64,000 nucleotides of DNA from Nitrospirales bacterium (GTDB lineage Bacteria; Nitrospirota; Nitrospiria; Nitrospirales; UBA8639): NCBI GenBank assembly GCA_965203295.1, contig CBDBCZ010000006.1:20087-84086 (forward strand), written 5' to 3'. Each line of letters opens with the position of its first letter. Within the stretch, counting starts at the first letter, position 1. Under the pieces are notes generated by a model. The model did not search any database and had not been told where the DNA came from. It saw nothing but the letters and a program-made list of their open reading frames with translations. Shown here one piece after another: positions 13,530-27,536 of this stretch. The position numbers and the translations under genes are program-made.

Positions 13530-13571
13530 TAGCCTCGCGTAGCCAGCCCCTCGCGCTTCTATGCGAGACTA
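13530..13571. mobile_element. 42-bp Academ-type MITE
   Basis: TAGCCTCG...CGAGACTA termini. The 9-bp flanks aagggatgg and tagggatgg match at 8/9. Confidence 0.7.
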
Positions 13572-13689
13572 TAGGGATGGGTGGACCATGACGACGAGAG
13601 TATAGTGGTTAGTCTAGCTGCTAGCCCCTCCCTCTCACCGGGAAAATTGGAGAGGGAGGGGCTAGACTAGTAACCGAACCAGCTAAGCA

Positions 13690-15420
13690 TTCTCTTACAG
13701 GAATAGTCTAGGGGGAAGTCTGGGCACCTCTGTGTTGGCCAGTAAGTAGGTGGATCAACAGAATGGCCCGATGCTTGTATCTTCCAGCCCTATAGTGTTT
13801 GGAGGGTGAAGATGAGGGGGACCCAAGCTGGGCCCCCCAATATCAGCTCAGGGGAGAGTGCCTGCATTCTTACCCCCCAAACCTATGTGACAAATGTGAG
13901 CGAAAAATGTGCCAGGTTCTCTCTAGGTGCACAGATGTAGGTAAAGGCAGCACTGCTCCAACATCCTAATGTCTGGATTATAGAATCCTCAGTTGCTGCC
14001 CCAATACGGTAACTCGTCCTGCTAAGTGGAGGCCTATTGCTTGCAGGGCTTGACTTTACCAGGTGGGATGGGACTGGGTACGAGGCTAGGCTTGACAGAC
14101 CTTGGCAACAAATTTTGGCTTGGTCAAATCAAAGAATGGCCCCTCAGCTGAGCCCCGAACTGTTATGTTGGCTACAACAGCTGCCTCTGGACAAATAGGG
14201 GTGTGAGTACTATCCACGAAAATATTAATATATGCCTTTTTTAATGTGGTCACATTTCAATCGCTTCAGAGGAATCCGAATTGCAGCTGGGTTCACATGA
14301 TTGTCCACTGCAATATCACCCCAGCTGAGGAGTGTTGTTGGGTCAAAGCTCTACAGCTCACCTGACCGAAAAACCAACCCATAAAACAAAGGTAGGCCGC
14401 TGAACATGCATAGGATTATTATGTCAGGATCCAAGGAATTTGTTAACCAGTGTTCTCTGATGTGAGACAGTACTGCAGGGGTAATTGGGGGGCAGACCCT
14501 TGGTGGCATAGAGACCCTCTGTATTTGAGTGCGTTGAATTTCCATTTGTACAAATTGTAGGCGGGGTAACGAGGAGAATTCCCGTGGCCCAGAATGATCT
14601 GCATATAGCGGATTGCTGAGAGATAGGTCTTAACCGTTTGTGCGGTGAGTTGTTGAGTTGCAAGATAGGAGGATGTATAATAACAAAGTCAATACTGGGA
14701 ACTAAGTAGGAGACTATACCGTAACAGAACAATCATAAATAATAGAGCACGTAACGTGCACTGTTTGTTACAATGAGCTAAATGGCCCAAAACAAGGCAA
14801 AGCTGATTTGTGAGTCTTGTGAGTCGAATCTGCTATGCCTTTCTGACAGAAACAGCTGGGTCCAGCCAGCTGATGTCCAATCCAGCTGGGGGTGGAGCAG
14901 CCACTGCAGTAGGGAAGAGGATATGGGCAAAAGCATAGATAATTGAGCACGTCCTCTATTATCTATGGTGAAGGTAAACTGCTGGCTTCAGGGACTTTCT
15001 CTTGGAAGGCAGTTACGTGTATCTGGTTGCGGGTGAGGTCATCCGCACACTAATTATCCACTCTGGGCAGGTGTTCAGGCGAAAACTAAAATTGAAAGTA
15101 GGCCTCTATGAAAGGAGGCATGGAACACCTATACTAGATCTCGCTCCCGGCTAGCGGTAACGGCTGTTATTATGTCACAGTGGGACATCACCTTTTGACC
15201 ACTGCAGGAATGCCCCCAGATTGCTCCTGCAATGACTGTCGGCAACAGTTCCTTCACAGCAATCTGCTTTGACATCAGGGATTGGTTCCATTGCCGCACC
15301 AAGCTCCACAACTCCATGAGCCTGATGCGTCCGAGGTAAGTGACTCTGGGCACTTGGTGCGTTGTGTGTGCAGTAGAGATGGGCCGGGAACTCCTCAGCG
15401 TAAGGGAGGTCTTTCTGCAT
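13690..15420 (-). mobile_element. DIRS/Ngaro-type tyrosine-recombinase retrotransposon remnant
   Basis: RNase H motif IAVKELLPTVIAGAIWG...V.SHCD. Recombinase motifs PITPAVL...FRSGEL, LSWGDIAVD and SYRIGAAT.EDSIIQTLG.WSSAAF. Many stops and frameshifts. Confidence 0.8.
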
Positions 15421-15559
15421 AAATGTAGTGACCTCTTTGTCCTAATTATTTAGATGGGAAGGGGAGGTTGTGTGTATAGAACCCTAATTTGACAACAATA
15501 TTATAACAGTTATTATGTTGAATAGATTGTTACATGCGTATACATCACCATATAAATGC

Positions 15560-15960
15560 AGCAGCAAGGGGTTGGGGTCACTGGAAGGACAGCAAGTGTT
15601 GGTGATGGGTGGCTTACCCTGCCACGCCAGTGCTTGGTGGGCAGTCTTCAGTTTCTGCTCTGCATAGCTTACATAACCTATTTCTGAAGGGGTATTTTAG
15701 GGTATCTATATACCTCCAAGGGTATAGGCAACCACACCTTAGTTGACGTCTCATTCTTTCTCGGTATAATCTTACTAACATAGGTTTAATTAATGGGAAA
15801 TTCCTATATGACACCAGCCTGCCCCCACTTTCCGATTCTACAGGAACTCTGTCCACTTCAGTCCGACAGCGGGAATATGCGGGATTGAATCAAAATTTTC
15901 AATACTATAGCCAGATGCTCTTGCCATAGATATGTTTCTGCCTAGCTACTGACCAGGCCA
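15560..15960 (-). mobile_element. LINE 3' remnant
   Basis: QLRCGCL...RLCKLCRAETEDC resembles the LINE C-terminal Cys motif. Confidence 0.4.
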
Positions 15961-18124
15961 GCCCCGGTATGTGGTAAAAGCCTATTTGTTTCAGGAACAA
16001 GAAGCTGGTAAATCAATACATGTAATATATTGGCTGCAATCCCAAGACTCCCCAGCTTTGTCACTTGCAGTGCACTTTCAATGGGGGGGAGCCTGGAACG
16101 AGTTAACGCAATATAGTTAAACGAAGGAACAATGCAGTGAATTTCAATAGGCATGCAGTTCTTATGTGATGGACACAGAGCAGTATAGCTAATTAATTCT
16201 TATCCATCATTGATGTGAAACAGTAAACAGATTAGCAAGCACCAAAAAGGGACATGCATATAATTTAATGTTACAAGATGGAGTGGGCATGTAGTTGGCA
16301 AACTGATGTAAGTTTAGTTCTGATGTGGTGCCATATTCAGTGATATACCGCAGCACGCATGCAGCATAGCAAGAGTGTCTCTCAAGCAGAACTGTGTAAG
16401 GTTGTAGAGACTAGATGCGAGTCACTATGAGATTTCAGAGAAAAACGTGTGACTCGTATCAGTTGCGAACAGGTTTAGAACAGCTGCTGAGCTGTGTATA
16501 CAGAATATAGACAGTGTACTTCTCCATCTATCACGCCAATACACTTTAGTAGCTCAACATTTTCAGACATGTCATGCAGATGCAAGTGATTATTTTTCAA
16601 AGGAAAGCCATTGGACTACAAAACTACAGAGTCTTTTTGGAGAAATTTATTATATATATGACTAATTTGTGAGCTGCTCGGCTGCCTTAGTTCACTTAGT
16701 CTAGTACTGTCGTGACCGTGTGATAATAAAGTAACCTGTCTAGGTATAGGAATATGAAAAGGGCTTTGCCAGACCAACTCCCATGAATAACTTCATTTGA
16801 GAATGGTAATTAAGGTAACCCAGTTGCTGGTAATAATTGTTAACATTTGCTGGTCAGATAATACACCTACGATAATAAGAAAAGAACGGCAATGATCTAG
16901 CTAGAGCAGTCGTACAGGTGGGCCTACCATCATCTACTGGCATTAATTAACCCTTTACCAACCATAAGAAACAGCTTAAATAAGCAATAAAGCCTTTACA
17001 AAGTATTAACGGCTAGTATTAAACCCCCATATAATTCATATGGGCTTATGGGAGCTCATGACGCATATATGCGTCATTGGTTGGTAAAGAGTTAAAAAAG
17101 CTGGCCTCTCCACTCAGAAGCTCCACTACGAAACTATTATTAGTGCTGGTTGAGTATGTGTCTTTTAGCCAGCTGTGATTTTTTTGTAGTGGCGTACTGG
17201 TCATCTTTTGACTTGGTTTGACTGAAAAAGTGACAACGTCCTTCAAAAGTGAAACTTCAAAGCCTAATTAATTACTCACCCACCTATTAGTTCAGTGGGC
17301 TTTTCCTGTTAAGGTAGTGTAGGACTGGTTATAATTGCACATTTTATAATTGTGCTTTGCGTGTGCATAAATTCGCGTGCGTACTCATGATTGCGTTTTT
17401 ATTTTTTTGTAGCTTATTAAACAGATTATCGCAATTAAAGCTGGTCCTATGGTATAGCATAGGCAAAAGGACAATTTCTTGTTGAAGAAGCTCATAGCTA
17501 GTTACTTTTACCATTTATGATTTTTCTGCCTCTACACTGCCTTTTCTCACTAGCTAATAGGACTATATCAAAAAGCACCTCGGTAGATTATTTTCAATTT
17601 TTAAGAGCCTGTAAAAGTTCAGGTAGGTCAGCCTCAAAGAACTGGTGGGTGAAAACACCATCCCAAGCATGGCAGTTCTTGGGACCACTTCTGCCATTTG
17701 TGCCAGAAGTCACAGGAGGTCGTGCACTGTTACAATACCAGTTATTTCACAGCTTCTTTCAGGGATTCTCCAACACAATTTTCTATTGCGATACAAAGCA
17801 CTGTCACAACAAAGCCACCAAGTGTGATGACTTGTACAGTGGCAAAATTATCAATCTGTGTTTGTCTTAAAATTTCAGAAAGCATTTATCTCATCTCTAG
17901 TGTTTTATAGAACGAGAGCAGTAGGATAATATATAGGCGCATATCCTACACTTCTGTACGTCCTTAGTTCCAGCTACTTAACGATAATTACGCATATGCG
18001 CAGTAGTGGGATAAGTCAGATAGACCACACCCCCTCAGAGGGTATGCACCCAAAATATCCTCGGTTTTACCTCTTGGCTGTGCCCCAGGTAAAACTGCAT
18101 CCGCGGAGGATATATGTGCACATA

Positions 18125-18299
18125 CAGTGGAACCCCTCCTAAAGGACACCCCTGAATTATAGCCACCTCTGTATTAAGGACACTTTGCTATGTCCCAAAT
18201 ATGCTTTCTTAATGTAAATTTACCCCTGAAGTGAGGACCCCTCTCTATACAGGACATTTAACCAGTTCCTCAAGGTTTCCACAATAGAGGGGTTCACTG
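18125..18299. mobile_element. Tc1/mariner (pogo-like) MITE
   Basis: TIRs CAGTGGAACCCCTC / GAGGGGTTCACTG, flanked by TA on both sides. Confidence 0.85.
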
Positions 18300-19199
18300 T
18301 ACTACATGTTTTCCTGGTTTCGATCGATCAGAACTGGATATGATTATTGATCACATCTGTGCGTATTAACTTATTGCTGTATACTTTTGCACCTTTCTCA
18401 GCCATAATTTGCATTGTTTAGACTACACCCACAATAATGATTTGAGACTTACGTATACCGGTATATAGTATAAGGAAATCCCTTACCACTAGGCCAATGT
18501 GGGTGAACCTGAGTGAGAGAAGAATAAGAGTGTTAAGTTAGTACATTTTGTGAGGCACAGCAGCTGTTTGGTTTCATCCCACTGTTGCAGTATTGTCACA
18601 GTTGACCTTCTATCACAAGTACTGTTTCAGTTATGCATTCTCTTTCTGCAAGCAGAAAAGCTATATGTCCAAAAGCTATATGTCCAATCGGTGAATATTA
18701 TTGCTATACCACCTGCTGGTGTTCGGAGGTGATATATCACTGATATACACCTCCTGGTTTATATATTACATATACTGCCATAGCGCTTACGCCACTGACC
18801 ATGCATGCACCCACATACGCAGGCGGGGCTTGCAAGATCTCCAATCAACGGACAAGAGCAAGAGCAACCACGTCTTGATTACCGTATACATACTTTATTC
18901 TTCCTAGTATTCCAGATTAATACTACGAACTCTTATAACTTGTTTTAATAAAGCCTTAAAATCTTACCTGTCCCAATTCTCACATCACTATCTGCAGATT
19001 AAAATGCTTACTTCAACTGAAGCTCTTGATTTCATTAAAATTCCTCTCCAAATGATTAAAACATTGATAAAATGATGGAACTATAAGTTAAGTGTAAACA
19101 ACCCATAATAGACATATTCACACATTGAAAGTAGAATTAAATACATATGACAGTATCGATACAACTTTGATGTATACGCACATGTATAAAAATCACATC

Positions 19200-19540
19200 A
19201 CTATCTGCAGATTTAAATGCTTACTCAACTGAAGCTCTTGTTTTCCTTATTAGAATCCTTGATCAGCCTCTCCAACTGATCACTTTGTAGTGATTCCCCA
19301 CCCGTACAAATACTTGTGGATGTCATATGCAGCTTTTACTAGAACTAAGCGATCGAATGGAACAGCAAAAGCATCAAAGACGACACCAGCATTGCTAAGG
19401 CTATGGACTACTATGTTCAGACAAGTTCGAGTGATTCAAGCTGTTGCAGCAAATTTGCCTGCTTGTATGCCGACCTTGATACCTGAATCAATTATTTTGT
19501 ATCCACCAATGATCAAGAGTGCGTTTACAACTTGCCCTCT
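19200..19540 (-). pseudogene. Apolipoprotein-L-like C-terminal exon remnant, copy 1
   Basis: GGYKIIDSGIKVG...VVHSLSNAGVVFDAFAVPFDRLVLVKAAYDIHKY resembles the ApoL C-terminal region. It contains stops. Confidence 0.5.
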
Positions 19541-20929
19541 TCAAAATACAAGTAGACCTATAACATATTTTACAAGCTCAAAGTTTTCAGATATTACTAC
19601 TACATGAAATTTTAGTCATACGTATATTACAACAACTTCATTATGATTAGATTATTATTTTAATTAGGGCTACCTGCAGACTGTATAGAATTCCTGGCAC
19701 ACTCCTGCACTTAAAATTTCATGCAGTCCTGGTGGCGTGACTATGATTTGGCATATGGTGCGAGTCATCCCACATGAGATTATAAGCAATAATTTTCATT
19801 ACATACACTGCCAGTTTTCCTTTTCCTGGAATGGTAGACTAATGCTTTCACTAGTTCATGCCAGTATATTTGTGCTATACAAATAGAGCAAGTAAGCTAA
19901 TATAGAAAAGTAGTATAAGTTGTGTGGATTTATCACGGTCAAATTTTCAAACCATAGTTTGTACTTCCTTGGAAAATGGTTTTAGCTCAGGACTTAGTTG
20001 AAAAAATATAGTGACATAACAGACAGCTAGTAGATTACAGAGCCTAATGAGAAGCTAATTGTAATCAATACAACTACAGAACTGACACAAAAGCAAATTC
20101 ATACTACAATGCTGAGAAAAAGTTAATAACCGTCTGTTGAAGTTGCGGCTTTTCCCGCCTGTTTAATAATTCACTGTAAATTGTGATCTTCTTGACTGTG
20201 TTTGGACCTTTCTGCTTCCTTCTGAATTGTTGTTTGCACTTCAGGTTACTGTAGCCGGACTAGCTGAACTCTTGAAAATTGAAAGTGTACAACCACCACC
20301 ATTCAATAATGTTCTCTGATTGTCAGCTACTCCACAATTAAAGAGGTGTTGCCTATAACCTCATGTAGGGGGACTCACGAATATGCTGCATCATTTAATT
20401 AATGTAGTTGGGGCAGCTACCACACAAGAATAGGAGCTTCTCTCTCCATCAGCTGATGTTGCTGCTCCAATTCTGTTCCCACATACCAGCATGGATTCTT
20501 CGAAAGTTTTTTTGAAAAGTTATTTTGAAAACTGTTCAACCAAGAGCACATTGTGGTGTTCTGAGTTAATCCATATCACACATTTGCACCATTTGCTGTG
20601 CAGTTTCAATTAGTATACACATGGACACTAGCAAGTAGCTACAGGGTCATGTAAAGTGTTTTCGTAGGAATGTATAGCTCAGAGGAGACACACTACAGCC
20701 AAAGACTACAGCACATTCACAAGGTTTGCATTGTCCTGAGGTTGTACATAACAATTAATATACACTTATTCCTCTACTCATCCATATCATATTCTATGCT
20801 CACTCACGTCTCTGCTCACCCATAACCTGTACACTTGGGAGTGCAGTTGACTCAAATAAGCTATAATTATAGACACCAAAGCACTACAGTTAGCACTTTA
20901 CGACGTTTAATGAGAGGCTTTCACATAGG

Positions 20930-22170
20930 GTACTGGATTATTTGGACTGCAACTCAAGGGGGGGGGGGCAAAACATATTATCTCAGAAAGTGTTGTAGTT
21001 TCATTGGCTCAGAAGAAATGGGCTAGTCTAGTGCAAAACAACCACGAGATTGGTGATAATGTTATAAGTAGTCATACAGGGCATTGCACTCTCACTATCA
21101 CTGCGACATATAACACTTTTTTACCTCAGAGCATAGTAGCAGCTCTTTCTAATTAACCCCAGGTCTTCCTATCCCTACCTCTCTCTATATGGTTTTACTT
21201 CTCACTCACTGTCTAGTAATCTAGGATATCTCTCATCATCTAAATTATTGACCTATCACTCCTGCATTTAAAGATTTTAACCCCATATCCCCCCTTTCTG
21301 CTTCATTACACATTTTGGAAGAGCAGCCAAGTATTTTTCTAGCTGCTCTTAGCTGTATAAATTCTAAGAAAGCTGTTTATCGTTTATTACAAGCACACAC
21401 CTCACTACCATAATTATTCTAAAGTAGGGTGAAGTATTGAAACTAACAATAATTATTCTTCTTGCAACTGTACTGATAATCCTATTACCTAAAAACCTAT
21501 GTAATTGATTAAGTTTTACTCTCCACTATTAATTGCCTTCTGCACATGATTATCCCATAAACTATTATCAGTGCTTAAGTAACAGTAACTTATAACCTCT
21601 GGAATGTCTTTATCACCCACTTCCATGTACATGCACCTGTATTAACCTCTTTAGAAAATACCATAACAGCACTCTTTTCTTACGTTAGATTTTCAACCTC
21701 CATTTATTACAAAACTCCTGTACTACACTAAACAACTCTTGTAAGTCTATAGTTGTTAGTTGGGGTTGAGAAGGCTGGGATTGGCATTATTATTAGAAAA
21801 GATGTTAAGGTTGGCAGTCTAATCATATCAACAAAGATTAGACTGCCAACCTTAACATCTTTCTTAATAATAATGCCAATTCCAGCCTTCTCAACCCCTA
21901 CTAACAACTCATTGGAAAAAAAGGATAGGCGACATACGTATGTAATACAACCCTGTGCTACTCCCTGTCCTACATACTAAATGGTTTGAATTTCCCCCCT
22001 CTAGTATAAAACAGCACTCTGTGTGATGTAATACATATTCTTAATAACTCTCCACATCCTATCCCTAACCCAAGTTCCTTTTATTTAAACCACAAGCCAT
22101 ACCCATAAGTATCCACAGAATATATAACCTGAAGCATATTACATGTGCAAACCTCTTATACAGTATTTGC
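20930..22170 (-). mobile_element. Degenerate LINE RT region with an internal inverted duplication
   Basis: GVAQGC...LLVGVEKAGIGIIIKKDVKVGSLIF, then the hairpin, then DLQELFSVVQEFCNKWRLK...SAVMVF. Confidence 0.7.
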
Positions 22171-22323
22171 CTTTACTTTTCACTGTTCACTAATCTTATT
22201 AAAAGCATACCATGTACACTTTGTGTTAATGCAGCATATTACTATGGAATTGTTCGTAGAAAGGCAACTTGCCTCTCAGGATTTAGTTCTACTAAACACC
22301 CATTAATTAATGACCCTAAAATG

Positions 22324-22418
22324 GAGCCTCAGTCCCAGGCTTTCATTCAGCTTTGCAGTGCAAAAAAATGGACTGCAAAAAAAAAAAGAAGCTAGTTGAA
22401 GGCTTGGGAACGAGACTA
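22324..22418. mobile_element. Academ-type MITE
   Basis: AGCCTC..TCCCAGGC...GCTTGGGAACGAGACTA termini. The 9-bp flanks cctaaaatg and cctaaaata match at 8/9. Confidence 0.65.
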
Positions 22419-22761
22419 CCTAAAATACAGTTGCAAGATGGATAATAATTTTCAAATGTGCCAATAGTGCTGGGATAAAATGGACAGCAATTAATATTCA
22501 GTGCCTCTATACAGTATTGAAATATTTGTCTGTATAGTACTTTATTAGTGTGAGATTTCTGAATAGGAAGTCAAACGTACATACCAGTAGCAAAATTACT
22601 CAATAAGCTCATTAAAACATTGATAAAATGATGCAACTAAGTTAAGTGTAAACAACCCATAGTAGCATATTTACAGGTATTCACACATTAAAAGTAGAAT
22701 CAAATACATACGACAGTATCGATACAACTTTGATGTATACGCACATGTATAAAAATCACAT

Positions 22762-23095
22762 CACTATCTGCAGATTTAAATGCTTACTTCAACTGAAGCT
22801 CTTGTTTTCCTTATTAGAATCCTTGATCAGCCTCTCCAACTGATCACTTTGTAGTGATTCCCCACACGTACAAATATCATATGCACCTTTTACTAGAACT
22901 AAGCGATCGAATGGAACAGCAAAAGCATCAAAGACGACACCAGCATTGCTAAGGCTATGGACTACTATGTTCAGACAAGTTCGAGTGATTCAAGCTGTTG
23001 CAGCAAATTTGCCTGCTTGTATGCCGACCTTGATACCTGAATCAATTACTTTGTATCCACCATAGATCAAGAGTGCTTTTACAACTTGCCCTCTT
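22762..23095 (-). pseudogene. Apolipoprotein-L-like C-terminal exon remnant, copy 2
   Basis: Duplicate of 19200-19540 with further indels. Confidence 0.5.
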
Positions 23096-26000
23096 CAAAA
23101 TACAAGTAGACCTATAACATATTTTACAAGCTCAAAGTTTTCAGACATTACTACTACATGAAATTTTAGTCATACGTATATTACAACAACTTCATTATGT
23201 GATTAGATTATTATTTTAATTAGGGCTACCTGCAGACTGTATAGAATTCCTGGCACACTCGTGCACTTAAAATTTCATGCAATCCTGGTGGCTTGACTAT
23301 GATTTGGCATATGGTGTGAGTCACCCCACATGAGATCATAAGCAATAATTTTCATTACTTACACAGTCAGTTTTCCTTTTCCTGGAATTGTAGACTAATG
23401 CTTTCACTAGTTCATGTTACTATAGTAACAAGTGTATGGAATAATATATAGAATATAGTAAGAATCCCATAGAGCATAAGAAGCTGAAGATGTGCATATA
23501 CTAAATGGCTCAGAGCATGGGCAGCTTTATGTTTTAACTAGACCTCGGCTTCGCCTCGGCCTAGTTAGAACATAGCCGCCCAAGTTCTAAGCTATACCTA
23601 GATCATGCCAGTATATTTGTGCTTTATACCACATTACATCACATCCAAGGTGTTTGATTGGAGCAGAAGCGGAGTATAAAGGATCATATAACACGTTTAT
23701 GTTTTCATGTTTTATTATACTACTTTTATGTTTTCATGTATTATGACATCGTAAATAACTGCTGCCTCTGGGAATGCTAGCCCAGCGTTTCTAGGTACCT
23801 ATTCCACTGATTGGTCAAATGTTGTATAAGGCGGATATACCACGTCTACGAGGAGTATAAACGCAGATATACTCCGCTAGACGGTTTACCCGAGGCGATA
23901 GGTTTATCCTTAAGCTGTTTCTTATGGTTGTAATCTTATGACATACTCTATTCATAACTAACCCATTGTGGTGCTCTGAAAAACAATTCTAAGGAGCGAA
24001 TCCATATCACACCTTTGCACAATTTGCTGTGCAGTTTCAGTTAGTATATACAGTAATGGTAGCCACTACAGTTTAAGTATAGCATCACATTGACACTAGC
24101 AAAAATAAGACACAAAGTACTACGGTTAGCATTTTACGATGATTAACGAGAGGCTTTCACATAGGGTACTGGATCAACTGGACTGCAACACAAGAAAGAC
24201 AGAGTATCTAATTTGCCTCATTCTTCTTCAGAGTATTAGTAGCTGCTCTAAAGTTTACTGTATCTGATCACCTACCCCCCTCCCTCCCTTCCACAGGAAT
24301 CTACTGCAGAACAAAGTATAAAATTAAAAGTAGACTTCTTCTTTGGAATATTGGTATCCATTTAGCTAGTTTGGCTGCTCTTCTAAAACATGTAGTGGGT
24401 TCATGTTCTTGTAAGTAGGGAGTAGGGACAGTATTGCCATCCTCTCTCGTGTCTAACTCAATTAGCTCCGTATGACTTGCCTGTTAATTAAAATGTAAGT
24501 CATGTCAGGGAAGAGATATATACAGGATTTCTCATCATTTACGTAAAATGACTTTTCATAATTCAAAAGTTCAAAGTACATATCTAAAGAGGCAGTTACA
24601 GGTACAGGTACGTACTACATGCAAGGTACTAGTTATTGTAACTGAATGGTTAGCCATGTACAGAAGGTAATTAATAATTAAATAATCTATACCTGTCAAT
24701 ACATCAGTACAGTGGCAAGATGGATAATTATACGTATTGCATTCACTATTCCTGGATGTTTTGCATGATCGTCTGCTTCAAGTGAAAATAGAAAACAGAA
24801 AAGACCTATATAGATATAACCAAGAAATACATGACTTGTATCAATGAATTAACTGAGAATCAAACATATGGTTTCATCTCCTATTTGGTGTCTTAGACTA
24901 GCTAAAGCAACTATACTAACACTTCCGTTGTTTCTTGAGAATGCTCCACAAAGTTTCTTCATCTCAGAGTGACCAATGTGTTCTTTTAAACAGCACAATA
25001 GCCATGGCATCAGTGGCTGTGAAACTGCTAATTTCATTCACTATCTAACAGTCTGAATGTAATCATACAGGGCTTTGCAGCAACAGTGGGTTTCATCACG
25101 GGTTTGACATGTAAACAGCAACAGTGCACGACTGACAAAAGGGAAGTCCGTATAGCTGTCATGTGTTCGTATTGCAAATTCATGAAGCTATTATTTGTGA
25201 GCTACCCCATGAGGTCATCCTTTATAGTAACCTTGTGAACGATTAACCTTTTGTGGTTTAGGCCACTATTATTAAGGGTAGCAAGCACCCTGGATTCTTC
25301 ACGGCAATCGGTATCCATGCATCATCTTGACCAGTCAAGATTTAGCTCTAGCTTGGGACTTCCTTTACTGGCATTTGTCAGAAATATACTTTTTAACCTT
25401 TTAAATATACCACTGCTAACAAGCCCAACCTCTTACGTAAGTACACGCCCCTCAAAAAACTGCTTCAGCATAGAGGAAAACCTCTTCTTAAACACTCTTA
25501 AACACAACTTCATGTGAATATGGACTTGGTGGTTTGTGGATCTAGTTTTCTACCTCATGCAGACTCAACTTGATGTAGAGTCTGCCTGAGGTAGAAAAAC
25601 AACAGACTCAGACACGAGATTGAGTGGTGGCATTGTTACTGTTATGAATGAAGTCATACAGTGCACTACACTTTCACTGTCACTCCCATATGAGCTTACT
25701 TATTCTTTATTCTCCATTAGTAGCTGCTTTAACATCATCTCAACTTTACCTGTTCACCTAACCCCAACAGGAATCTATTATTAAGAGAACACCAACTGAA
25801 GTAAAGGTGTACACATGAAATAGAATGTAGATGGCATTGGAATCCATTCTGCTTGCAACATTTGAATATGGTTAGAGGTACCGGTTATGGGATTAAAATG
25901 GGGTGAACTAGTACGGGTTAGGGCTAAATGAATGCACAGATATCAGACACCCTATTCATATGATTTCTCTAGTCTCACTTGGCTGGACTTAGCGTAGTTA

Positions 26001-27536
26001 TTATACTAGTAGCCTAACAAGTGAATCCATGGAGCTCATGAGAGGGGGTGGTAACACCAACAGCATCAGGGTAAGAAATTAGAACAGCTAACAGCCTAAC
26101 ACTTAAGGTAGGAAGAGCCTCACCTGGAATCCACAATTCAAATGGATGGCTTTGTTGATAACATGAAAGTCTACCTCGAATTGACAAAAATTTTGCATCT
26201 AACCACACCTCCTGCTAAATAATCCACAAAAACGCAATTTCGGGTTGCTTTAAAATACGAGAAATTTTGGAATCTGCTAGAGCCCCACCCACAGTCTGGC
26301 AACAACACCAGTACCTACAGAGGACAGGCTACAAACGTAGGGATGCTTTTTCACAGGAATGCTTCAAAGCCAGTTTTACAGCCCTGAACGCATCCAACCA
26401 CCCCAAAACCCTCATTTTCGCTATCCTGACTTTCAAAAAAAATTCGGCAACCGCCCACGCTCACCCGACGAATTCGAGCCCTGCATTACAAACTTCAACC
26501 TACTCCCACAAAAATTAGGGATGCGATTTTTCATTCACCCCTCGGTTTCTGAGAACCACCCACCAGAGCTCTCCCTATAAATCTCCACAGATTTTCACAC
26601 AACTAGCTATTCGAGCTAATTTTTAAAAAATGGGCGGGGCCTACAGACCCGAAAGGTGACTATTCTAGCCTACCTGAGATGGGCAACAACCTGCCACTAT
26701 CCGTCTGTCTGGCTGACTTCTAGCCACTCGGGCAGCCTAACAAACTTTCTACAACACACTAGCTAGCTATTCTGACATAAAAAGCCTACTCACAATTCTA
26801 TGATGTCATATCTTCTTTTAAAAAAAAAAAAAAAGTGTTGAAAGCCAACATCAGAGTACCGCTCAACCACATCAAAGTGCCGATATCACATATGAAAGAG
26901 CCGCTATCCACATCAAAGTGACACACCCCTCCTGTTGATTCCGGTTGCCGCCATGGGAAAATGCAAACATATCAATGAATCTAATTAGCGCCACGTGAGT
27001 GACGTCATCTCATTAATTATTCATGAGGAGAATCACGCGGATTCGAAGGTGAGGCCCTTCCTACCTTAAGTTTACTCCTGAGAAAACACAGTTTCCTTGT
27101 CTCAGAGTGATGGTGTGTTCTAGAAATAGCACAACAGACATGACATCAGTGGCAATAAAATTACTTTATTCACCCTTTGTCTTTGTAAAATTCATTGTCA
27201 ATTGTAGTCATCTTATATACATAATGTAGTAGCTGTGTAATAAAAGGCGCACTGGCTCTTGTGGCAAAGCAAATTGTGATTTACTAGGCCCTATAAATCA
27301 ACCAGTTTGCATGCAAGTCAGGCTAAAAATATATAAGCTACGGCTATAAAGTTTAGTAGTGGCCATGTCTGATCTAATAAAGGACGATAGGTTTCATAGT
27401 GCTACTAAAATAGCAGAGAAACTATCAAAAGACATTGCCAAATGGGAGGATAGCCGAGCAGGAACTCTCGCCACCCTGAGAGATATTCAAAAGACAATTG
27501 AAGAAAGTTACCATGATCGCACCATAGCAAAAGTAA

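Larger units (their letters stand above)
19056..24190. repeat. Segmental tandem duplication (19056-20955 vs 22611-24190)
   Basis: 19056-19860 matches 22611-23417. 20550-20640 matches 23965-24100. 20875-20955 matches 24108-24190. Confidence 0.85.

Noticed and set aside
17046..17870. Possible exons of a minus-strand gene
   Set aside because: They contain stops and no recognisable motif, so I cannot support a call.
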